From positions 1 through 20,599 of the IMG/VR virus record IMGVR_UViG_3300049825_000338: DNA of 20,599 bases. One strand, given 5' to 3'. The position numbers were made by a program, and so were the translations under genes. Below, in pieces: positions 4,889-12,785 of the stretch (within the stretch, counting starts at the first letter, position 1; the number at the start of each line of letters is the position of its first letter). Origin of the DNA: a virus (lineage: Duplodnaviria > Heunggongvirae > Uroviricota > Caudoviricetes). The notes under the pieces were generated by a model. It did not search any database. It was not told the origin of the DNA and saw nothing but the letters and a program-made list of their open reading frames with translations.

Positions 4889-4931
4889 CAAAAAACCCCG
4901 AAGTTGTGACGGCGTTCACTTCGTAAGCCTC

Positions 4932-5007
4932 GCCGGTTTAGCTCAGTTGGAAGAGCGCCATACTTGTAATATGGATGTCACGGGTTCGACTCCTGTAACC
5001 GGCTCCA
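4932..5007 (+). tRNA. tRNA-Thr(TGT)
   Basis: Acceptor GCCGGTT/AACCGGC, encoded CCA, loop CT-TGT-AA. Confidence 0.95.
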
Positions 5008-5040
5008 CCAAAAAACTCAACGCTCTCAGGAAAGATCATT

Positions 5041-5556
5041 ATGCAAGTACTCGTTCTTGATACCAGTTACAATCCAGTGGGCGTTATCTCTCCAGAGAGA
5101 GCCGTCACTCTGATCCTTACCGGACGTGCTCACACAGCACATGATTCCGATGTGGTCTGGCGTTCACCGTCAATGATGATTACCGTTCCTTCTGTGATTC
5201 GTTTGTTAGCTCAGATGTACATCAAACGAAAGCGTAATATGCAGTGGTCTAAGCGCGGCGTGATGATGCGAGACGGACACATTTGTCAGTTTGCTCATTG
5301 TGGAGGAAAGGCTACAACTATCGAACACCTTCAGCCAACCTCACGAGGTGGCGAAGCTCGTTCCTGGGAGAACACTGTAGCGGCCTGTAAGGCCTGCAAC
5401 GGCCGCAAGGCTGACAAGACTCTAGAAGAGATAGGATGGAAGCTTAGACGTAAGCCCAAGACTCCTGTCGGTCTCATGGTCGCTACCAAGAATCCTCCAG
5501 AAGAGTGGGCTATCTACGTTCCAGAACTGTCTTGGAGGTTTGAGCCAGCTCGCTAG
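5041..5556 (+). CDS. HNH endonuclease (McrA-like family)
   Basis: VLVLDTSY.P N-terminus; RDGHICQFAHCG...TIEHLQPTSRGG...WENTVAACKACNGRKAD HNH motif; AGGAAAG RBS. Confidence 0.9.
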   Translation: MQVLVLDTSYNPVGVISPERAVTLILTGRAHTAHDSDVVWRSPSMMITVPSVIRLLAQMYIKRKRNMQWSKRGVMMRDGHICQFAHCGGKATTIEHLQPTSRGGEARSWENTVAACKACNGRKADKTLEEIGWKLRRKPKTPVGLMVATKNPPEEWAIYVPELSWRFEPAR

Positions 5557-6491
5557 GACGCTACAATAAGACAGTATGCAGCGCCTCCAGCGCCTCCGTT
5601 GCCGCCAGAAACGACACCAGCACCACCACCACCACCGCCAGAACCAGGAGCACCGGCTCCTCCGGTTCCTCCGCTGAGTCCAGCTGTGTTAGTAGACCCT
5701 CCTCCTCCTCCGCCAGCAGATATCCAAGGAATGAAGGGATTTTGATTGTAGAATGACCCGAAAGCGCCATTGCCACCACCAGCAGTCCCACCAGCAATAG
5801 CTGGGATTGTTGTTCCAGAAAAAATGTACTGACCACCAGCAAAATCAGCTGACTGCGATCCTGCTCCTCCCGCTCCTCCGCCTGTTAGCGCTGAACCGGA
5901 AGCGGCCCCACCGACAGAACCTGCCGATGCTCCACCTGCTATGGCCGTTCCGCCTATAACTGCCACCCAAGAAGTGGATAAGCCGATGAAGATACCGTTA
6001 GTAGATGTTGCAATAGTGCCCGCAGTTCCGAGCGCTCCACCGGCAGCGTTAGAGCCACCTTGACCACCCCCGGCGTCAGCTGATCCTGATACGAGCACCC
6101 ATTCTCCCAGGGCTGTTGCGGAAGGTCTAATTGCTATAGCCGATCGCGCTCCCACCCCGCCAGCAGAGCCAGCGGCTCCGCCAGTTCCCCCTTGAGGTAT
6201 ATACAGGTATAGCGTATCCGGCAAAAGATAAAGAGGAAATCGTGCTCGTACAATGCAGGCACTGCCACCTCCACCTCCACCGCCCCCAGCAGACCCAACA
6301 GTCTTAGTAAATCCTCCTCCTCCTCCTCCACCAGCGCCGACAAGAAAGACGTCAATGAACTGACATCCCGCTACCCACGACTTGCTCCACGGAATCCACG
6401 CGTTAGTAGATGAAATAGCAAGGTTTTGTGATGTGCCGATGTACTCGAATATTCTGTCGGATTGATCAGCTAGGAAAAGACCTTCGGCCAT
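5553..6491 (-). CDS. Glycine-rich virion protein (fiber/minor structural-like)
   Basis: VGAGGGGGGG and GGGGGGS repeats typical of phage glycine-rich virion proteins; ATG 6491 (MAEGLF) sits just after the upstream gene's stop, preferred over the 6563 start. Confidence 0.75.
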   Translation of the reverse strand: MAEGLFLADQSDRIFEYIGTSQNLAISSTNAWIPWSKSWVAGCQFIDVFLVGAGGGGGGGFTKTVGSAGGGGGGGGSACIVRARFPLYLLPDTLYLYIPQGGTGGAAGSAGGVGARSAIAIRPSATALGEWVLVSGSADAGGGQGGSNAAGGALGTAGTIATSTNGIFIGLSTSWVAVIGGTAIAGGASAGSVGGAASGSALTGGGAGGAGSQSADFAGGQYIFSGTTIPAIAGGTAGGGNGAFGSFYNQNPFIPWISAGGGGGGSTNTAGLSGGTGGAGAPGSGGGGGGAGVVSGGNGGAGGAAYCLIVAS

Positions 6492-6498
6492 AGCCTGG

Positions 6499-6930
6499 CT
6501 ATACCGTAGCCCATCTAGATGCCGCAGCGGTGAACTGCCAGCCAGCAGCAACCGCCGTACCAATAGTAATGTAAAGACGGTATGTAGCCTTTAAGTCCTG
6601 CATCAAACGAGGAATAGGAATCCACAGCGGAGTCAACGCAGCCACTTCGGTGTTAGTAGTGGCAGGAAGTGATATCTGAGAAATCATTGCGTTATTAGAT
6701 GCTGTCGTCAGTACTCCGCCGTTGTTTAGAAATAATCTAGCGACCGACGCAACGTTCGTTCCTAGAGGCATAGCTAAGATGCCAGTAACAAGAGCACCAT
6801 CAGTAGGAGCTGTGTAGATAAGAGCGGCTGCTCCAGTTACTAGCGTCTTATCTGTATTGGCTGCTGTCACAGTCTGTCCCGGCTGAGTGTCAGCTAGTCC
6901 GGTGTATCGGGGTAATGTGTTTGCTGGCAT
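6499..6930 (-). CDS. Putative virion structural protein
   Basis: 143 aa, Ala/Thr-rich, in the structural operon; TNVASVARLFLNNG...LPAT pattern recalled from phage proteins next to Gly-rich genes. Confidence 0.7.
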   Translation of the reverse strand: MPANTLPRYTGLADTQPGQTVTAANTDKTLVTGAAALIYTAPTDGALVTGILAMPLGTNVASVARLFLNNGGVLTTASNNAMISQISLPATTNTEVAALTPLWIPIPRLMQDLKATYRLYITIGTAVAAGWQFTAAASRWATV

Positions 6931-7296
6931 TTAGTAAAGTCCTACTCCTATATTAACACGTCCGGAAGATATGGTGAAAATATCCGGAAACGCTCCACCA
7001 CCGGCAGGTGTAGCCCACGTTCCATCTCCCCTAAGGAAGGTCGTATTTGATCCACCAGACGGAACAACGCCTCTCGCTATGGTAGTGAAAGAGGTGCCGA
7101 TAGACCACGACGTTCCATTCCAATACATTAGGTCTTGCGTTATGGTAGAGACGATCGTAGCCCCGACAGTGCCAGGGTTAGGTGCCGTGTCTCCATCGGC
7201 AATGGCGAGACGCGGGTAGTCTACAAAATCTGCGCTTGAGATTTCTTTTACGCCTGGGCCGGTTGTTCTTCGACCAAGAATTTTTAGGAGTGCCAT
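6931..7296 (-). CDS. Putative fiber/decoration-associated virion protein
   Basis: FLRGDGTWATP and YWNGTSW motifs common in phage fiber proteins; AAGGAG RBS. Confidence 0.7.
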   Translation of the reverse strand: MALLKILGRRTTGPGVKEISSADFVDYPRLAIADGDTAPNPGTVGATIVSTITQDLMYWNGTSWSIGTSFTTIARGVVPSGGSNTTFLRGDGTWATPAGGGAFPDIFTISSGRVNIGVGLY

Positions 7297-7308
7297 GTAG
7301 GCTACTCC

Positions 7309-7830
7309 TTACGCTAGTTCGATGAACTCGTCGTCAATGTCCACGACAAGGGTTGTGGCGTTCAGAGCCTTACCCAAGTGCTGAACAAGGTGAGTAGCAG
7401 CTGCTGGCTGAGTCGCTGTTACAGCTCCCGGAGTGGTGTTTGACAGGTAGTAATGAGCGCCCACAGTCAAACCGGTCAAGGCAGCGTTAAGGTCTCCGTA
7501 GAATACCGTAGCTGAAGCAGCTGACGCTACACCAGCGGTAACGAAGCCGTTAGCCTCCTGCTGGGAAGCCCCTGCGTTAGCCTTGCGTACATTGGCGGTA
7601 CCGGCGTTGTTGAATAGTTGCACAAAATCACCCGACACAAGAGCTTCTGAGGCAACGGCAGCGAAAGTTGCAGCGCCGACTCCAGTAGGCATGAACGAAA
7701 TGTCCAAACGACCTGAAGCGTCTAGGTTAGGAATCTTGTTGGCGTCAGATGCGCCAGCAGAAGTCTGAACAGTTGAGACTTCTTTGAGTCCTGGACCAGT
7801 TGTTCGAGTTGTTAGATACTTTGTTGGCAT
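7309..7830 (-). CDS. Putative capsid decoration/cement-like protein (DUF2190-like C-terminal domain)
   Basis: SAGASDANKIPNLDASGRLD...ASEAL.SGDFV...RKA...GFV...YYLS..PG...LG.A pattern; AAGGAGG RBS. Confidence 0.65.
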   Translation of the reverse strand: MPTKYLTTRTTGPGLKEVSTVQTSAGASDANKIPNLDASGRLDISFMPTGVGAATFAAVASEALVSGDFVQLFNNAGTANVRKANAGASQQEANGFVTAGVASAASATVFYGDLNAALTGLTVGAHYYLSNTTPGAVTATQPAAATHLVQHLGKALNATTLVVDIDDEFIELA

Positions 7831-7848
7831 AGTAGTTGATGCGCCTCC

Positions 7849-8250
7849 TTAGCGCTCAATCGGTGGATGTACATCTATGATGAATGAATCAGCGTCACTA
7901 GAATAGCCTATGAATATAAGTAGGTCTGACGCTGGTTGAGTAGTCATTAGCGACCCATTTGGGCCAGCGTAGTAACTGGTAAATGGAATTAATGTCGGCC
8001 CAGCAAACGTAACGTTTCCGTGGAATTTAACGGAAACCGGATCATCAATAACTGAAGATGAAGACAAGGTGAGTCCCACACTTTTACCGGCTAGAGTCAA
8101 GTTAGCCGGATCAAACTTTGTGAGTCGTCCAGCGCTGTTAACGTAAACAACGCTGAATGCAGGGATGGGACCAGCAGCAGGAAGAAGCTCAACTTCTCCT
8201 GCTCCGCTTCCTCCAGATGAAGGAGGTGTAAATGACGCTCCTGCTGGCAT
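7849..8250 (-). CDS. Putative capsid decoration-like protein, probable paralog of 7309-7830
   Basis: A...I.AFSVVY...VGLT...V...G.V...YY.G.NG.L.T.QP...IG pattern shared with the neighbor. Confidence 0.6.
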   Translation of the reverse strand: MPAGASFTPPSSGGSGAGEVELLPAAGPIPAFSVVYVNSAGRLTKFDPANLTLAGKSVGLTLSSSSVIDDPVSVKFHGNVTFAGPTLIPFTSYYAGPNGSLMTTQPASDLLIFIGYSSDADSFIIDVHPPIER

Positions 8251-8260
8251 TTAACTTACC

Positions 8261-8737
8261 CTACAGTTTCTGATAAGTTACGTAGGCTTCACTGCCAACA
8301 GCACAGGTAATTGTGACGTATCCGGGGCCGTGCGTGGCGTTAGGAATTTCAGACCACGACCCACTTTGGCCAGCCTGGAAAGCAATAGCTTGTCCGTTAA
8401 CAGTTACGGTACTTGATGTTCCTAAGATACCTACAACATCGAGAGAAAGAAGTCCGGTTGGGCTAGTGAACGGTGTTGCAGAAGTAACGCGAGCATGTCC
8501 CCATGTCTGCGCTGGGTGGTCAAGTTGAGCCGCTGCAACAGCCAGACCAATAGCTTGAGGATCGGTAGCACAGAGTTTGACTATTTGAGCATTGGCAAAC
8601 CCCAGTACTTCTGAACCGCATGAAACAATATCACCAGCAGCGCCGCCGCCCCCACCACCACCGGTTACAGGAGGTGGAGGAGCGGGAAGAGCCAGTGTTC
8701 CGTCAGGTGAAACAAGGCACCCAGTTAGAAATGACAT
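8261..8737 (-). CDS. Hypothetical virion-associated protein
   Basis: 158 aa, Pro/Gly linker then beta-rich domain; tightly packed in the structural operon. Confidence 0.65.
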   Translation of the reverse strand: MSFLTGCLVSPDGTLALPAPPPPVTGGGGGGGAAGDIVSCGSEVLGFANAQIVKLCATDPQAIGLAVAAAQLDHPAQTWGHARVTSATPFTSPTGLLSLDVVGILGTSSTVTVNGQAIAFQAGQSGSWSEIPNATHGPGYVTITCAVGSEAYVTYQKL

Positions 8738-8744
8738 GATTTAC

Positions 8745-9569
8745 CTACCGGGTCACTTTAGCGGCAATGTGAACACAATTAGGATCGAACGAGGCAATAG
8801 CTTTTCGCTCAGATAGAAGAACAACATCGTTTGTTTGTCTGTTGATAACTGAAGTTTTGTCCTTTATCTCCAGAATTTCTCCTCTACGAATCTGGACAAT
8901 TCCTGTGGCATAAATCCACTCTTCGGACGCTGTAGGTACCTGACCGGCTGGGCCGGTTCCGGCATAGCCACGTCCTGGCACGATAATATCGTCAAGTGGA
9001 GTTAGCCACACATTACCCTCACGACGCGCTAAACGAGCCTCTACGAGAGCAAAGAGCTGGTATGGGCGCATATGAAACATAATTCGTCCACCGCGAGCCA
9101 GGTCTCCCGCAGCGTCAGACATTTGTGCTATAGCTTTTGAGACTGGTAACGCTGTTGCGTATGTGATAGCAGACGATGATGCTATTTTCGGATTGCTCAG
9201 TCCGAGTGTATCCGACCAAAGCTCTTGCTCAAGAACAAAGGATTCTGAAGCGGCAAGATTACGAAGAAGTCGAGAAGCTCGTTCATCAATTTCTCCATCA
9301 CGACCGATTCCCCAAGTTGAGCACTGGTCAGATGAATAAACGGTGTATGGAATGAACTTATTAAGCAGTCCGGAAGAAGGAAAGGCACATTTCGCTACCG
9401 TACCACAGTCGTCGTGAGCTAGAGCGTTTCCGCATCCTTCGCCCTTAATTTCGAATCCATTTTCCCATCTGTTACTCTCTTCAATAACGATTTGAGCGGA
9501 TGTGAGAAGGCTGACTGTTGGCGGCGTGAGCGGCGAAGCCTGTAGAGGTGTTGCAGGTCCAGTAGACAT
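8745..9569 (-). CDS. Probable second capsid protein (pentamer/minor capsid-like)
   Basis: 274 aa directly after the major capsid gene; P..SLL.SA...RWENG...C...ASES..LEQELW...GRGY.G.GP pattern recalled from actinophage genes at this position. Confidence 0.55.
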   Translation of the reverse strand: MSTGPATPLQASPLTPPTVSLLTSAQIVIEESNRWENGFEIKGEGCGNALAHDDCGTVAKCAFPSSGLLNKFIPYTVYSSDQCSTWGIGRDGEIDERASRLLRNLAASESFVLEQELWSDTLGLSNPKIASSSAITYATALPVSKAIAQMSDAAGDLARGGRIMFHMRPYQLFALVEARLARREGNVWLTPLDDIIVPGRGYAGTGPAGQVPTASEEWIYATGIVQIRRGEILEIKDKTSVINRQTNDVVLLSERKAIASFDPNCVHIAAKVTR

Positions 9570-9621
9570 TACAAGGTCTAGAATAGCCTATTCAGCCAAG
9601 ACAACATGACCCCTTATAACA

Positions 9622-9658
9622 CAAAGAACCTGCTACCAACTCGGCAGCAGGTTCTTTG
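9622..9658 (-). terminator. Probable intrinsic terminator/attenuator after the major capsid gene
   Basis: CAAAGAACCTGCT/AGCAGGTTCTTTG 13-bp inverted repeat, extendable by inner pairs on the minus strand, followed by a T-rich TGTTAT. Confidence 0.7.
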
Positions 9659-9726
9659 ATTAACGATTTTTGAACGTTACTTACTTTGGAATCTTGACAA
9701 TAATCATTGTTGTTGACTCCTCGAAG

Positions 9727-11412
9727 TTAGGCGCAGCTGTATGGAGCTACGGATGCCGGTCCAGTACCGTTCGGGCAGACAGTAGACGAAATCCACAATG
9801 ACTCGTGGCCACGGTTTACAATTCCGATGAACTCTTCTGACCAAACCTGGTAGTCGTTGGTTGAGTTGAGCGTGCTGTCACGTACTAGGCCGAGGTCGAT
9901 AGACCCACCTTCTAGCATCAGCCACGTGCCTTCGGCAAATAGTGCCCACTGAACTACGTCAGGGAACTCTACAAGCGCTCCAGCGGCCTGGGCAGCAAAC
10001 AGCTGCGTTATACCAGTTGTTGGCGTGTCAACGTAGAATGTCGGGTTAACTCCACGTACTGCGAACCAGTTGGCAATTTCGGCGTCAGAAACAGCCCACT
10101 CGTGAGCGTCGAACGAGTCGTTGGCTAGATCAACACGAATCAGGTCCTTCACCCAAACCGGGAACACGGCGCGAAGCGTGACGTTACCGCAGTAACGGTA
10201 GCGTGAGCGCCATGCAGCGATACCAGCAGAAATCTGACCTAGAAGTGAACGAGTTGCCCCATATCCGCCTAGAGAAATAGCCGTTACAGCTGTTGAGCCA
10301 GCCTTGATCTTGTCAAGGATGTACTGCTCAACAACCTTAGCCTGAGCAGCGATCGAGAGCTTCAGCCAGGCCTCAACCTGCTCTGGGTAGGTGCGTGATC
10401 CCATGTTACCGAAAGTCAAGCAACGAGAAACTGCGTCTAGCGTGGCGATAACTTCAGCACCACAGGCAATCTTGATGCACGGCTTAGGAGCAGTTGTGCC
10501 TGCCGGTGTCTGGGTTGTGTATCCAGCAGCATCCTGAGCAGCTGTTGTTACTCGAACCGAGCCAGCAGCAGCGTTAAACACCGGAGGTGTTAGGAAGCGG
10601 ATAGAGCCACGATCAGCACGGAAGACCGGCAGCGAATCTTGGGTCGGACGACAAGCGTCTGCACCAAGAACCGAAAGGTCATACAGCGATGTGGCCGGGG
10701 CGCAGATTCCACCAGAAGCAACTAGCGCCTGAGGAGCTAGCAAAGCGTTAATACGCTCTTCATTGATGTTGAAGTCTGACGTCAAGTAGCGACCTTCGTC
10801 GGTCTGACCGTAGTCGATAGAAGCGACGAGGTACGTGTTCCCCTCGTTGCCCCGATCTGTGCCCTTGATTTGGGGACGACGAGCAACGAACGCCTTGGCA
10901 ACGTCTGTCATGGTAGCTAGCTTCTGGCCAGCGGCGAATCCAGGAACGTCAGCCGACGCACGGACGGTTGGACCGACCTGCTCGCCCACTGTGTCGCTCT
11001 TGTCAACGTTGCCCTTGATTCCTACTGGAGAGAAGTCGAACTTCTTTTCATCCTCAACAGCTAGTTCGGCAGGAGCCTCTTCAACCACTACTGGCTCTTC
11101 AGCAACAACTTCAGCTGTCTTCTCGCGGAACGCCTGTGTAGCTGTGGCTCCAGCGGCAACCTTAGCGATTGCATCCTTACGGGCGCTGTCCAGTGCTAGA
11201 CGGCTCGACAGTTCCTGACGAACAGCGGCGATAGCCTCTGCAAGCTCAGTAATGTCGTCGGTGTCTTCTGCTGAGAACTCATCGGCTCCTGAGCGTGCCT
11301 CGAAATCCTCAACCAAGAAAGACTCCAGTTCAACGAGTGCCTCGGATGAAAGCTCGCTTAGTTCAGGAAGCTCCTCTTCAGCTACTTCAATCTCTTCTGT
11401 GTTTGTGTCCAT
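9727..11412 (-). CDS. Major capsid protein with an N-terminal acidic scaffold-like domain
   Basis: 561 aa after the protease; about 230 acidic, helical-looking N-terminal residues, then ALVASGGICAP...LP...RG.I.F...DLGLVRDSTLNSTNDYQ capsid-like region. Confidence 0.85.
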   Translation of the reverse strand: MDTNTEEIEVAEEELPELSELSSEALVELESFLVEDFEARSGADEFSAEDTDDITELAEAIAAVRQELSSRLALDSARKDAIAKVAAGATATQAFREKTAEVVAEEPVVVEEAPAELAVEDEKKFDFSPVGIKGNVDKSDTVGEQVGPTVRASADVPGFAAGQKLATMTDVAKAFVARRPQIKGTDRGNEGNTYLVASIDYGQTDEGRYLTSDFNINEERINALLAPQALVASGGICAPATSLYDLSVLGADACRPTQDSLPVFRADRGSIRFLTPPVFNAAAGSVRVTTAAQDAAGYTTQTPAGTTAPKPCIKIACGAEVIATLDAVSRCLTFGNMGSRTYPEQVEAWLKLSIAAQAKVVEQYILDKIKAGSTAVTAISLGGYGATRSLLGQISAGIAAWRSRYRYCGNVTLRAVFPVWVKDLIRVDLANDSFDAHEWAVSDAEIANWFAVRGVNPTFYVDTPTTGITQLFAAQAAGALVEFPDVVQWALFAEGTWLMLEGGSIDLGLVRDSTLNSTNDYQVWSEEFIGIVNRGHESLWISSTVCPNGTGPASVAPYSCA

Positions 11413-11499
11413 ATGTTTTTTGGTTAGGCCGTCCTTTTACGGCTGTTCGTTTCTGGCTACGCCAAGATGTAATTAGAATAGTAGAACATCCAGCTAGGA

Positions 11500-12741
11500 C
11501 TAAATGACGCCTAGCGAAATCTTCGCTTTCAAAACTTTGACTTTGCGAGCGTACTGTGCGGACAGTTCTTCTTCCGTCGCCTCAACAAAATTGGCCTCAG
11601 CGGTTTCGGTACTGTCTTCGGCTTCTTCAACTGAAACGTCCTCCTCGACAGCAGCCTCAACAACTTTCTTGGCGTCAGTTTCGGCACAATCAGCACAGCA
11701 CGGCTTTTTGGCGTAGTCCTCAGTCACAATTCCTGCGGCTACGAGAGCAAACTGCTCATCAGACGCATCGGCAACCAGCGCAGTTGTTCGCGGAACCGGG
11801 AAGCCCGGAGTGTTCACGGCAAGCAGACCGACTAGTTCTAGATTTCCGGCAACTTGTCTCCAGTCACCACTAATTCCAGAACCGGCCAACTCACGAACGC
11901 GCTCTTCAGTCACAGTTGGCCGCAACGCTCCGCCGAACCAGATTCCATTATCCAGCTCATATGTCACCACGTCCGCTACGCCAGCAGTCGTGTCGTCGTA
12001 GTGTTCCGTGGCCTGACGAGCGTTGAGCGTGATCTTTGCGTGACCTTTGGCCATAGTCACTACACCGGTAGAAAGCTTGTCACCTTCCGCTGTCTCGATT
12101 TGTCCAATTCGATAGTAGGCGTATTCTGTTTTGCTCTTAGGAGGAGTCAGGCACGCTGTCGGGCTGCCGATATGACACGTATCCCAACGTGCGGCAAACC
12201 CATGAACTCGGCCGTCATCTTCAACCGTTAGGGCGTAAGGTGAAGTGTCTTTGGCAGGAGCTTCAAACCAGGCTTTAGGAGGAAGAACTGGAATAGCAGC
12301 GGCAATTACTACTCTCGTATCGGCAAACGCTGGTATTGGTAGAAGAGTTACCGCAGCAATTTCTCCGCCCGTGATTCTTTCCAACGTCTGACCGCCGTCT
12401 TCGGCTAATTCAATTTCTTTCTTTGCACCTACAACGTCAGCTGAGATGCCTGTAAGAACACCGTTCTCTACTAGAGGAATGTACTCGGCGGCTGTGGCAT
12501 CGTCTGTGAACTCACCGCGGCCATAGATGGCACCGTTGTCACGCCAGATGTCATGAATCGCACCGATGGCAACGCTGTTCTTATGTCCTCCAGCCGGATC
12601 GTTTGATCGAATAGCCATCAAAGAAAGAGGCATTTCTCTCCATGAAAGAGTGTCAGGTACGAAATATCGTCCATCACTTGTCGGCTTTGTTTCATCCACA
12701 ATTTTCATTGAGAATTGACGCAAGGAGGTCTCATCTGCCAT
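11500..12741 (-). CDS. Capsid maturation (prohead) protease
   Basis: TSDGR...PLSLM...GGH..SVAIG.I..IW...G.G.F...GISAD protease-like N-domain; SGDWR motif in the C-domain; lies between portal and capsid. Confidence 0.8.
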   Translation of the reverse strand: MADETSLRQFSMKIVDETKPTSDGRYFVPDTLSWREMPLSLMAIRSNDPAGGHKNSVAIGAIHDIWRDNGAIYGRGEFTDDATAAEYIPLVENGVLTGISADVVGAKKEIELAEDGGQTLERITGGEIAAVTLLPIPAFADTRVVIAAAIPVLPPKAWFEAPAKDTSPYALTVEDDGRVHGFAARWDTCHIGSPTACLTPPKSKTEYAYYRIGQIETAEGDKLSTGVVTMAKGHAKITLNARQATEHYDDTTAGVADVVTYELDNGIWFGGALRPTVTEERVRELAGSGISGDWRQVAGNLELVGLLAVNTPGFPVPRTTALVADASDEQFALVAAGIVTEDYAKKPCCADCAETDAKKVVEAAVEEDVSVEEAEDSTETAEANFVEATEEELSAQYARKVKVLKAKISLGVI

Positions 12742-12761
12742 AGTAGTTCGATTGTACCACT
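12742..12761 (-). promoter_or_regulatory. Candidate extended -10 promoter (AGTGG-TACAAT-N9-ATG)
   Basis: Near-identical to the element upstream of 18143; no Shine-Dalgarno in the 9-nt spacer. Confidence 0.5.
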
Positions 12762-12785
12762 CGCTATTTATGGCAAAGGACGACT

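Noticed and set aside
3390-4919. ORFs 3390-3686, 3609-3794, 3963-4280, 4238-4501, 4704-4919
   Set aside because: They lie entirely over tRNA/Y RNA genes
4899-4923. Fifth Y RNA-like unit (CGAAG...GTTCAC hairpin)
   Set aside because: Only 25 nt, with no second stem or TTACTTC; an ordinary spacer hairpin, like 4157-4191 and 4630-4681
1-5040. tmRNA
   Set aside because: No tRNA-Ala-like 5'/3' termini enclosing a tag ORF were found; the permuted element at 4402 fits YrlA better
8640-8700. PPPPVTGGG in 8261-8737 as a fifth member of the CxxxxCxPP..GGS family
   Set aside because: It lacks NKFL and the Cys pair; generic Pro/Gly linker
9694-9699. TTGACA -35 promoter on +
   Set aside because: No -10 element at 16-18 nt spacing and no + strand gene downstream
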